Under the pieces are notes generated by a model. That model had not been told where the DNA came from and did no database searches. It worked only from the letters and a program-made list of their open reading frames with translations. A stretch of DNA of 64,000 nt, from the NCBI GenBank assembly GCA_002189035.1, contig CM007989.1:4650001-4714000 (forward strand). Direction: 5' to 3'. Position 1 is the stretch's first letter, and each line of letters opens with the position of its first letter. Below are positions 38,964-52,103 of this stretch, piece after piece. The stretch is from Utricularia gibba (lineage: Eukaryota; Plantae; Magnoliophyta). A program made the position numbers and the translations under genes.

Positions 38964-40571
38964 AATTCCTTACTAGCCTGCGGGATTCTTGGTCGTAATC
39001 GGGACAGGCGGTGGCCTGACTTCGTTATTCCTCCAGGCTCTGGATTAGAGTACCGTCATCTCCTACAATCTCCACCCCATACCCCTCTTGAGTCGGTAGC
39101 GCCTCCCGCTTCTGATCCAATAGCCCCATCCCCTCTGATTTGGTTCCTGAATCATCTATTCGACCCTCAACTCAAAAGAAAAGAAAAAGGGTTAAGATTC
39201 GCACACAGAAGCCTTCTAAGAAGCGCGTAGGTAGTTAGGTTTTGCTTTTCCGTGTTGCAGTATTCACGTCATGCTTTACTGCTTTTCCGATTTTCATATG
39301 CAGCTGAAGAGATGGCACGAAGAAACACCCTTGAGGATTCAGTGATGGCACGTTTCTAGGCTGAGATGCGTTGAATGCGAGAACCGGATGCAACCCCCCT
39401 TGTACAGGTCGACTTAGCTTTTTGCGATCTGTTGTCATGAGTTTTCAATCCCGACCTTTTCTTTCCTTCCAGGCCGATTCTTCTGAAGTTCAATCGGGTG
39501 CTGCTGGACATTCCTCGCATGGGGTTCAGGTGATTGAAGCCTCGATGGGCCGAGAGCTGACTCCCCCTCCCCCCTCAACCGGAAAGGGGAAAGGGAGGCT
39601 TTTTTCTTCTCCAAGGGTCACTGAACCCCCGGTTTTCGGTGTGGGGTTCAATTCGGTGGGTGCTTCCACATCGGCCCCTCCGTGTGGGATACATAGTGAT
39701 TTCACTCCAATCGGAGTGCAGGGCAATCCAGTGCTCCCTCTACTTTCGATTCCAGCCGAATTTAGAAGGCTACTGGAGGAGACTGTGTCAAGTCCTTTGG
39801 ATATTCAACCGGAGGCTGTGCTCAAGGGAATCTGGCAGGTACTCGTCTTCTTCCTTCTCGGAATCACATAAACCAGTTCCTATCTTAATGATGGTGATTT
39901 TTTATATTTTTTAGGTTCTGACTTTCGGATGGGGGATGACTAAGGGGATAAGGTCCCACTCGGAGGAGGTCGCCTTGCTTCAGACTTGTATAGTGGCTCA
40001 GGATGCTAAGGTGAAACAATTAGAGAAGGGAAAGCGTTCTTGTCGGGAAGAGGAGCTTCAAAACGTGGTGGATGAGATGGGGAAAGCAATCGATGACGCC
40101 AACTCTGAAAAGGAGAGTTTCAAAGTGAGGTTCAAGGAAACAGAAGCAGAGTTGAAGCATGCTCGGGATCGTGTTTCGGCCTTGGAAGCCGAATTATTGG
40201 AGCAAGAGGCATCTCGACGGGGGCTTTTGGATGATTTTATCAATTCGGCTTGCTTCGCTGAACTATCCGATATTTATGCAGGGGACTTGATTGGCTTGCT
40301 TCTGTACTGGCAAAGGCGTCAAATCAGCCGGGAGTTCGGGTTGTCGATCACAGATCCGCGTTTCGATAGGGTGGATCCCCTGAGGAAGGATGAGAACATG
40401 CTGGATGTGATCGTGGACGTGTATCAAGCCCCGGAGTTCGGGTTCGAGGCTGATAGGGAGCGCCTTATAGTGCTTATTCGGGCTCGAATCGGACGAGAAA
40501 ATGATGCCAAGCTGAGGGCAAGAATGGAAGGGCATGTTGGCCCTTCAACTGATCCTTTTCTTGAACTCTAA
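38964..40571 (+). pseudogene. Spliced antisense ORF of the Retand-type element (Pro/Ser-rich region plus coiled coil)
   Basis: ORF pieces 38964-39230, 39304-39838 and 39915-40571 are separated by GT-AG introns 39231-39303 and 39839-39914. The second splice joins WQ to VLTFGWGMTK in frame with the 211-aa coiled-coil ORF. Some stops and frameshifts upstream. Confidence 0.75.
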
Positions 40572-41589
40572 CTCCTTGGAACTGATGTTTTTACCCCCGG
40601 TTTTCGGGGTTTTGTACTTTTTGGAATCTTGGTTCGGGATTTCCTTCTTTGGTTTATTTCGTTTTTGCATATCGCTTCTTCCGTTATCGATCCTCTTGCT
40701 TGGTGTGTTGTATGGTTCGCTAACCTCCTAGTGGGACTTTTCCGCATGCGTATGTGCCAAGGGTATGACTTGGAACCCCTCACAGAGTGAATCGTCTCTT
40801 CCGTTTGGGTGGATCTTCCGTATCTATCAGTCAAATTTATTCCGAGTGTATTTGCTGCTTCAAGATCTAGTGGTGAGATGGTTTGGGCAGATGAAAACCG
40901 AATCGTTCTAGCTCACCTTGGTCAATAAATCCCGGGTTTATGTGATGCCACATTTTGGGGGAAGCCCGAGTTGGTTTAGACTTGGAAGGTTCGTCCAGGC
41001 TTTCACGATCCGGGGGTAGGTGTCCTTTTGCCAACCCTCTGGTTGGGCTTTTTGATTTTGGTTTGCCTTAGTATTTTCGGGGAAGAAGACCCAGACCCTT
41101 CATGGGTTGAGTGACTTCCCCAATCCAAATGGGCCCTCTTCTGGCCGAGATCCCATTATTTTGAACATGGGTAGATCTGCTTTGGGTGCTCTCGCCGTCT
41201 CGAGATTTCGACGGTAAGGTTAGTACTTAAGGGCTTTTCTGGGCTTACGCGTGTGGTTTACGGGAACCGGTGCCCGAATTGTACCAGGGCTTACTCTCAT
41301 CACTGGCGCTTGGGTTTAGGAGGCGAAATATATATCAGGGGAAACCCCGAGTTGATTTGCTGTATCCAGCAGGGGGTGTAGACTTAGGAGGTTTGCCTGG
41401 ACTTACGTAGCTTGGCCAGGGCTCACGGTTGAGATCTTGAGGGTCTGCATAGGCTTACGCGATTCGGCCAGGGCTTGTGATCTTGTTTACTCATCTCCAC
41501 TTTGGAGGAATTTATAGCCGCTCGAGTGTTTTGACGAAGAAAATACCGAACCCTACATAAACGGGTGATAGGGATTAATACTGAGCCAA

Positions 41590-44500
41590 TTAGGCGTAGA
41601 ATTTCCTTAGGTGTGATGCATTCCATGACCTTGGGAATTCCACACCATCTAACTGTTCTAGTCGATAAGCTCCTTTTCCGATCATCCTTGAAATCCGATA
41701 AGCGCCCTCCCAGTTGTGGTCTAATTTCCCCACATGTCTCTGGGGTTGGATGCTTCGGAGCACCAAATCTCTTTGGAGAATTCCCTTGGGGATACCGACT
41801 TGTTGTAACTCTTCTCCGTTCTTCTCTAGTAAACCCTAGTCAGCTATAGATGCTTTGTCGTTTTTTTTTCCAACAGCTCCTACTCCAATTTTCGCAAATC
41901 GGCATTTTCCTCTTTATTATAGTGCTCTAACCGGTAGCTCTTCAGGGTTAGCTCGATCGGGCATACGGCTTCTGAACCGTAAACAAATAAGAAGAGAGAT
42001 TCTTCCGTAGTAGTTCGGGGCATGGTACGATATGACCACAACACTTCATCCAACCGGTCTACCCATGACCCCCGAAATCTTCAAGTTTGGTTTTCATTCC
42101 TTGTCTGAGCATTCGATTTGTTACCTTCGTGAGTCCATTGCTCTGGGGATGATAGACCGAAGTGAAATTATGCTTGACTGAATATTTGCCCAGGAATGCA
42201 TCCATTCTTCCACCAGCGAACTGGATTCCATTATCGGTCACTAGTTCCAGAGGTATCCTGAATTGGATGAATATGTTTTTCCATAAAAATCGGATAACTG
42301 TCTCCTCATATATTTTTGCCACCACTTCGGCTTCTACCCATTTGGAGAAATATTCGACTCCCACAATGACAAACCTCCTTTGGCCCGAGGTTTGGGGAAC
42401 GGCCCCATAATATCCACTCCCCAGCGATCAAAAGGGCACGAGAGTGGGAGAGGGGTCAGGTCGTTTACTGGTTTCCTTGGTATGCTTGCATGATATTGGC
42501 ATACTTTGCATTTCTTCACCATTTCGGTAATATCCCACTTCATAGTTGGCCAATAATACCTGCTTCTCAAAGCTTTCCTGCATAAGTATCGTATCCCTAC
42601 GTGGTTGCCACATTCTCCTCCATGCAAATTGGCTATAAGCTCTTGAGAGTGCTCTTTCCCGATACACGTCAATAAGGGTCCATCAAGGGATCTTCGGTAA
42701 TGAGTCTTGTCCACCAGTGCATATCTCTTTGCCCTAGTCTCCAACCGTCGAACTTCCGATTTTTCGGGTGGTGTTTCTCCTCTTTGTAGGTATTGGATAT
42801 AGGACAATGTCCAATCTTCAAGGAGGCTCAGCTGCGGAGAGATGTCGTTTCCCAATTGCTGGGTAATATGGTTCACTACCCGCAAAGTTACTGAAGGCTG
42901 ATCCCACAACCAGATCGTCACACTCCCTTTCAATTCCGAAAAACCTGCGGCAAATCGGGCGAGGCTGTCCGCAGATCCGTTTTCTTTGCGTGTAACATGC
43001 GAAAAAGTGAACTCCTTGAAGGTCTTTGCTAACTCCTTCGTCTTAGCACATTAGGGGGTCATGGGTTTTGTACTCACCTGAAAACTGTCCTTGTACTAGC
43101 CGTGAGTCCGTATAAACGTCGAGCTCTGCAACTCCAAGTTCCCTGACAATTTTCATCCCTTTGACTAGGGCCTCATATTCGGCTACATTGTTAGAAGTAG
43201 GGAATCGAAACTTCACCGCGATGTAGATGTGTTCCCCGTCCTAAGTTCGGATATTGATTCCCTTTCGTAGGGCCTTAAAGAAAGACGCCGACTTATCGGC
43301 TGACCAAGATATGCAACGGCTAAGGGCAGCCAATTTACCCGTGAGACTCTTATACTCGTTGATTGTCCTTGGGGATTGCATTTCGCATATGGCCTTGATC
43401 TTCTCGGGATCAGCTTCGATTTCTCTCTCTGATACATAATGCCCAAGGAATTTTCCACTATGTACCCTGAAGCAACATTTCAGCGGGATGAGTTTTAACC
43501 CGTACAACCGACATAAAGAGAAACAGGAGTGCAAATATGCTAAATGGTCCTCTTCATTCATAAGTTTCACGATCATATCGTCCACATACAACTCATCGAG
43601 GTACCGATTTCAGAAGAGAATATCTTATTCACCAACCTCTGATAAGTCGCCCCAGCATTCTTCAAATCGAAGGGCATCGCTACATACCAGTAAACCCCAT
43701 CCTTGGTGTAGAAGGTTGTTTTCGGTTGGTCCTTCTCGGCAACGAAGATTTGATGATATCCCAAATAGGCATCCATGGAGCTCAGGAATCGGGATCCAGC
43801 AATAGCGTCCACCAGCTTATCAATTTTTGGCAAGGGGTAAGGATCCCTTTCACAGAAGGCATTGAGGTCGTTGAAATCAACGCACATCCTCCATTTTCCC
43901 CGGGGCTTTGGGACGACGACTGGGTTGGCTACCCACTCGGAGTACTGGATCTCCTTCACGTAACTAGCTTCCAGGAGCTCCCTCATTTTTTCTTTGATAA
44001 TTTGGCACTTCTCCTCGGAGAAATGCCGTTGCTTCTACCGAATTGGTTTTGCCCCGAGTGGGTATCAATGTGATGCTCAGCAATGGATCAATCAATGCCT
44101 ACAAAGTCTGCAGCAGTCCAGTCAAAAATATCGACATTCCTCATCAAAAGTTCAGCTAACCTCTTCTCGAATTCGGTGTCTAGATTGGCACCAATGCGGG
44201 TTGCCTTCTGCGCATCTCCTGGTAGTAGTTGCACCGACTTGTACCCCACTGGTTCCATTGCTTGTCTGGGAGGTTCTCGGGGTTCTTTTTCCACCATCAT
44301 CACTCTCGACTTTTTCGCGCAGGGGTCCCGGCAGGAAGATACATAACAGGACCGGGCAGCTGGTTGGTCGATATCCAGCATGTAGATGCCCCTCGATGTT
44401 GGAAATTTAATTTTCAGATGCACAGTTGAGGGCAACATACCGAATTGGTTGATGCCAGGTCGCCCAAGGATGATGTTGTATGAGACCTCCGAATCCAGGA

Positions 44501-46411
44501 TCAAGAATTCCAACCTCTCAGTTCGGCTTCGCCCGGCCGCTCCGAATGTCACAGGCAGGGTTATTTTCCCAATAGTTTGCACGGCCCGCTGGTCAAATGC
44601 GTATAACTCCATGCGGACAGTACGGATTTCTCCCTCATTAGAATCCGCTAGTAACTCGGCTGCTTCCTTCTTCATGATATTGCAGGAGGACCCCTGATCA
44701 ATAAGAATCCTTCTTACCTTCTTCATTTCTTGTGGCTAGGCCGACAAGAATGTCTCTGTGGAGAAGCTGATCTCTTCCTTTTCCCAAGCGGCTTTCTCAA
44801 TCGAACCTTTCCCGATCTCGAAAACTTCTCCTCTTCTGGCTTCGTCCAAATATCTCTTCCGTGCTTTCCCAGATACATCAATTTTGGTTCCCCGGATACC
44901 ACATGGATCTCCTGAACATATGGGGGACTACCTTGCATTTGGTGGGCGTTATTTGAACTTTCCGGTACATCTTGTCCTCCTCGGGGACTTGGTCCCCTGT
45001 TGGCTCTCGGGTTTTCCCTCGCTGGTTTTGGGGAGAATTTTGGATACCGGTTACCCTCGTTCCTCGGACACTCATTATGTCCCCTTTTCTGTTTCGTCAT
45101 TAGCGTAAGGTTCCGTGTCGCGTTATTTGTCCCTCCACCAGCATGATATTGTTCAACAAACCTTTTCATTACACGGCAATCTACTGTATTGTGGCCTGCT
45201 GTTTTGTGTATCTCACAATAGGTGTCCACTCTGGTTGGTTCAACCTGGTACACTTCACGGCGCTTGCTTGGTCGGAGGGCCCGGTTGGGTTGCACCTCTT
45301 GCTGTGAAACCGGGCGGATCTCCATGCGGCTTTTCATCTTGGCCCTGAGGTCGTCGTCAACTCGGATGTACTTCATGATTTTCCTTAACAATTCTCCGAG
45401 ATTCTTCGGTGAGGACTTTGATAGACTTTGTCCCAGTTTCGACGTTTCTAAGACCCGCTTCATTATTTCCACCCTTTCCTTTAGATCCAGCTGGACATCT
45501 TGTGCCAGGCAGTTGAATCAGTCGATGAATCTTCGCAAGCTCTCTTTCCTGTGTATAAGGCTGTCTTTGAAGGTGGGACTTCGATGTTGACAGTGTATCG
45601 GGTGGTGAAGAGTAACACTAACTCTCGATAAGAGCCCACACTGCATGGTTCTAACTATTTGAACTAAGTCTTCGCTCCCTTCTGGAGCGAGCAGGCGAAC
45701 AGCTTACACTTCATGGCTTCCGAATGTCGGACCGTGGCCATCCTCATATCGAAGTCGGTTACATGAGATATGGGGTCCCCTTTTCAATCATATGTGGGTA
45801 GTCCGTCAGGGACCCTGAATCCTCTCTTGGGTTCTTCGCCGATTAGGTCATCCGAGAAAGGGTCAAAACGCAGCGCAGGGGTTGCGGCCGCTCCCTCAAC
45901 TCCGCTCTTCAGGGCCAGGTCAATATCGGCCAGAACATCCCCTCTCCCAGTGCATACGTTCTGATCGAAGGCGTCCTTGATGCCGCTATTCTCTCTTCCC
46001 CCTGGCAATGTCTGTCTGCCGATAAGTCTTCTTCTCTCACGAATTTGTTCTAGCTCTTTCTTCAGCTCTTCTTCCCTTTTTTCTAAAATTTCATTAGTCA
46101 CGTTTTCCCTATCTGTCCCGGGCTCATAGATGACCTGGTTGCGCCTCCTTCGCAATATCTCCTCCTCGGTTTCGGATTCGGTCTCCGTGTCTGGGGGTAT
46201 TCTGGAATCAAGGGTTGTTTTTCCGCTTGTCGTGCGGTATCGGGTGTTCCCTCCTGGGCGTTGGAATCAGCCCCGAAGGTGCCTTAAAGTCTGAGAGGAT
46301 TTCCATTAGAAGGGCCTTCAATTGTTCCCTGCTGGTGATCATGAGACCGGGGTCTTGTACGCCGGCCCTTCCTTCATGGACCGTGTTGGTGGCTGTGCTA
46401 TTTTCCGTCAT
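41590..46411 (-). pseudogene. gag-pol of the Retand-type element, frameshifted, with an internal deletion
   Basis: Gag Zn knuckle CEIHKTAGHNTVDC; protease ILIDQGSS; RT DAYLGYHQI, MPFDLKNAGATYQRLV and YVDDM; additional RNase H SNNVAEYEAL and TDSRLV; integrase HGGECGNH...CKVCQ, WGVDIMGPF, TDNG and HPQSNG; GPY/F region ending HLRKFYA* at 41590. Confidence 0.92.
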
Positions 46412-46465
46412 GGTCGGTGTTTTGTGAGCGATTTCTGTGGATTTATCGAGTGGGGCGATAGATCT

Positions 46466-46483
46466 ACCCCACGGTGGGCGCCA
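46466..46483 (-). other. Primer-binding site, tRNA-Lys type
   Basis: Minus strand TGGCGCCCACCGTGGGGT, 4 nt inside the 5' LTR; close to the tRNA-Lys(CUU) PBS TGGCGCCCAACGTGGGGC. Confidence 0.8.
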
Positions 46484-46487
46484 AAAA

Positions 46488-46995
46488 TGTTATGGTTAAA
46501 ATCGGTATCCGAAATGAGGCTGATTTAGGTCGATAGGTGCAATCGGGAATATCACACTTAGTTATGTTTTTCGCAGTTTGTTCGATTTGATCGGTTGAAA
46601 CAAGAGTAGACGAAGATTTTTACGTGAAAACCGCCGGGGGACGGAAAAACCACAGAGCTATCGGAACTCGCCGAAGAAGATTTCCACTAAACGGAGAGGG
46701 CAAAATAAGATGCAGATTGGGAAGTTCAGGGTTCCAATCCTCTCTCTTTAGGATTTGTCCCACTTATATAAGGTGTCGAACCGTCAGCTCCCGAATTTTA
46801 GGGTTGGCGATTGCTTTTCGTGCCTGTATTACAATTCTGCTTTTCAAAGGATCACCGTCTGCACTACCGCAATTCGGGCGCTTTCCGGACTATGTCTCTG
46901 ATCTGCATCGTTCTGTCGGTTGGCACGATCTTGTCAGAAAAGCTTTTGGCAACTTTTCAGAGATCGACTAATTATACCGAATTTGTACCCCATCA
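46488..46995 (-). repeat. 5' LTR, 508 bp
   Basis: TG...CA termini on the minus strand (TGATGGGG...CATAACA), adjacent PBS, TATATAA near 46766, flanked by AACTA. Confidence 0.88.
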
Positions 46996-49110
46996 AACTA
47001 TTTGTTGAATTTATGCTTCATTTGATGCATCTTTTAATGTCTCATTTAACATTGATTTCCATCAACAACACTATTGCTTCAATGAGATTTTGCAAAGATA
47101 ATGGATATGAACTCATATCCATCACTTTACAATATTATGGAAGGCAAGAATCAAGATATAAATATTCAATAAAGCTTTTTATATTATCAAATGTTTAATA
47201 TTCAATGGATATAAATATTTTTTTGTAAGCATCTTTTAATTTCAATAATATTTTTGATACTTTTGACTAATAATTTTTTATATTTAATTTGTAAAAATAT
47301 TTATGATATATTTTAACTTATATATATATATATATTAATATAGCATATTGATTTTGAAAAAAATACATAAATTTATAAATTTTATTTACAACGTATATGA
47401 GTTCTTGTTGTAAAAATTCTATATTTATATTTTATAAATAATAAAAACATTTATTTTATTTATTCAAAAAAACTTAAATTTATTTTATATAAATTTGAAA
47501 ACTTTAAATGTTTATCATAAATATATCTTAAAAAATTTCACATTTATTTTCTGATTAACAAATGTTGACATTCATTTATGGGGTTTTATTAATTAAACTT
47601 TTGATTTTAATAATATAATATCATGTTAATTAAAATTTAGATTTAAATTTATAAAATATTAAAACATTGTGTTTATTAAAATATTCCATTTTATTTGTAT
47701 TTAAACACAATAATTGAATTATTCAAATTTGAAATGTTTCTAATTGTCATTGTGAATATTTGAAATAACATTTTAAAAAATATATTATGTTAAAATATTA
47801 TTAATTTATGTTGTAAGTATTTAATTATTATATTTTTGAAAAAATACATATTTTTTCAAATATATTTAAATTTGACTATAATAGTTGAAAATAAATTCCA
47901 ATGTCCATTCAAAATCGAAAAAAAATAATAATGAGAATACTAAATGAAGTTTAAAAATTAATTTATAAGCAATTTTTAAACTTCAGATATTTTTGAAAGA
48001 GATAAATATAAATATAGTAAATGAAGAACACGATATTAAATTCAAGTATTTTGTCAATACTTGATTTTAATTTGCCACAAGTACATAGCTAATTTATCAC
48101 ATATTTTAAAAGGGTGATACAATAGTTATTCATCAATAATACCATGTATGAGCATCGCTTGTTATTTGAAGGAAGGGTGAGAGTATCTACGTAGTTGCTT
48201 ATAATTTTTTTAAAAAAACCATTATGTATCAGTTATACATTTAAGTGCCATATGAGAAAATATTTTTAGGTTAAAAAAATTGAATTCAAAGCATTTGAGG
48301 TAATGATTTTGGGTAAATTTTTAAGTTTTTTGTGTTAATTTAATTGGAAAACTTATTTGAAATAATTAAGGTATATTTACATCAGTATACACATTGTATT
48401 TTTTAATTTGAACAATGCAACATATCTAATTTTATTAACTTGTTTCTCAATTTTGTATAATTTAAATGTAAATACTGTTAAAATAATATTTATGAACATG
48501 AATTACATAAATAAAAAAAGAAATATGTAATATATTGGCATGCTAGTATAAACCCTACAAATGAATGATTTGAGTGTTACTTTTACTCGTGAATGAGAAA
48601 TATTATTTTTAATGCACATTTTTAGTAATACAACTATAGTTTTAAGAACTCAAAAAAGGACACAACATGAGTTTGTTCTCATCAGATTACAATTTTGTCG
48701 TGTAGCGCTGGAGATTGCATTTTTAACCAATTTCATATTTTCGTACTTCTCTGTATCGAAACATTTGTTATTAACATGCAATTTTCATATTATCCTTTCT
48801 TAACAATAAATTTCCGACACTAATTTAGTGCATCGAAATTAGACTTTGCATGCAAATGGATTTTTACTATACACCAAGTAGCATTTTTTTAGGATTTTGT
48901 GTATGAAGAACCGACTGAACTCATGAGTTAAATTGAATTTAATAATTTTTATTTAAATTTAAAACATTGAAAATATAAAATTATTATTTAAATAGATTAA
49001 ATATATTATCCAATTTGATTATATATTTAAGTTGAATAGGATGTAAAGTCACATTAAATTCATGACTATAAAATAATGGTTTAAAAAATCCTCTTGGTGG
49101 TGGTATATGC

Positions 49111-49207
49111 CACGTGGACAACTGGACAGGATATCTTATTTAATGATGTGGGACCGGATTGTCTTTGGGATGGGCTTGGGCCCACTGGTGTCCCATTCAG
49201 AGATAAG
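49111..49207. promoter_or_regulatory. G-box / site II / GATAAG motif island
   Basis: GCCACGTGG (CACGTG at 49111-49116), TGGGCTTGGGCCCA (49171-49184) and GATAAG (49202-49207) in a GC-richer patch within very AT-rich DNA. Confidence 0.4.
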
Positions 49208-49917
49208 GCTAGTTTTGTCAGTTTGTCTTTTTGTACGTACGAAACAAACGCGCGCGTGTGTGTTGTTTGAGTGGAAGTGAAGTCACCCGCTGTGGAGGTA
49301 AAACGTTGTTTTTACCACCCACGAAAAAGAACAATCAACGTTACAATTATTACAAAAGTACCCATTCTCTTTTGTGATTTTTTTTTCAAATTATAATATA
49401 TATACATTACAATTTTATCAAAAACTATTGTTTTTTTACGAATGAAGCAACTTCAACAAAAACAAAAAATTTATATTATATAATTAATTTTAAATATCTT
49501 AAATATAATTTTTGCAAGTTAAAAATAAAAGAATAAAAAATAAAAACTATGTTTAACTTGATTTGAAGATTTAGTGAGTTAGCAGTTATTTTTTTGTATT
49601 CTAATTTATCATATTGTCATTTAAAATTCAAATTATTTTTAGATTTTATCATTCAATTTACATATGAAACATAATATATTTTTACTTTCTTTATTTCAAA
49701 AACATTATTAAAATTGATTTCAAATCAAGTGAGAAATAAAATTAGGTAACCCGTTATTTTTACTTATATTTCCCCCAACGCATTTTTCTGTCAAAAATAA
49801 TTTTCCCGAAAATTTTCAATTTTATTTCCAATTCTATCAATTATTTTACTTCTATTTTTTAGTTTTATAAAAGTAAAAATACATTGAAAAAAAATTTCCA
49901 GAATACTGACCATATTA

Positions 49918-51294
<1,377 letters not shown>

Positions 51295-51775
51295 TCTCAG
51301 ATTTGCAGAGGAATTGGATTCCGAGATGAGCGAAACCGAAAATGGGAGGAGCCAGTTTTCAGTCTTCATTTTCCGCGGTTTCCGCCTCCTGTATGTGTAT
51401 GGGCTCTGCCGCCCAAAGCTCATTAAGGCCCATCATGCAAAATTAGCCCATTCATTGCTTCGAGTTTTTCAAACCTACATTCAATGGAACAACCGTGAAT
51501 ATTCGGAGGCTCCGTGTAGAAGAAGATGAAGATTTTTGGCTTGCTAATATACCTTCAGAATAATTTCTTTCCGCCATGGGAAATGAGGAACTCCACTCTG
51601 CTCTCTGTTTAATTACTTTTATTATTTGTAGTTCAACATTGAAAATCCAAAAGAATAAAGTGGCAGATGTGATTGGCAGCATAGTTGTGAGATTCATTGA
51701 GGCAAGTCTTATGCTAGGGCGGATTTTCAAAGGTTGATGCTTTTTGCCTTCGCGTGGCAAATACCATTATCTAAA

Positions 51776-52103
51776 TGGTATAACATTACAACCCAGCCAC
51801 ATATTTATAACATGCAGAAATAGCCGTTGGTTTGGAATCTGACAGAATTAGAGCTTCTGGAGCCTCGAGAGTTTTACCCATTGCATTGTAAGTTTGAATC
51901 CATGGGCCTTTCCTTAGAGGCTGAAACTTGAGCTTCAATGTTATCATGATTGTCTTCTCAAGGTTCGGCCCAATTTATTATGTTGTTGGCCCAATCACAT
52001 ATTTCATTTCTTTTATTGGCCCAATCATACATGTCTGCGTCTTCTTCCAGAAAATTCCCAGAAGTTGCTGCATCAAGAGAGCTTGGTGAGCTCATTATCC
52101 ACA
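51776..52103 (-). repeat. 3' LTR of the copia, truncated at its U5 end
   Basis: Homology to the 5' LTR stops about 26 nt beyond TATAAATA (51809-51802). Three GGCCCAAT motifs. No TSD found. Confidence 0.8.

Larger units (their letters stand above)
38631..46995 (-). mobile_element. Ty3/gypsy Tat-lineage (Retand-type) LTR retrotransposon, near full length, decayed
   Basis: Two LTR copies start TGTTATGGTTAAAATCGG (38631 and 46488). Right end is ...CCCCATCA at 46995. TSD AACCA/AACTA (4/5). tRNA-Lys PBS, gag-PR-RT-aRH-INT on the minus strand, antisense ORF, short leader with no Ogre-type upstream ORF. Confidence 0.93.

Noticed and set aside
46822-46833. TATTACA at 46833 as the outer end of the gypsy 5' LTR
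   Set aside because: The flank ATTCT does not match AACCA; the end at 46995 gives AACTA and a return to AT-rich host DNA.
49556-49730. 12-bp inverted repeat ACTTGATTTGAA / TTCAAATCAAGT, possible MITE
   Set aside because: No recognisable TIR family or TSD; could be chance in AT-rich DNA.
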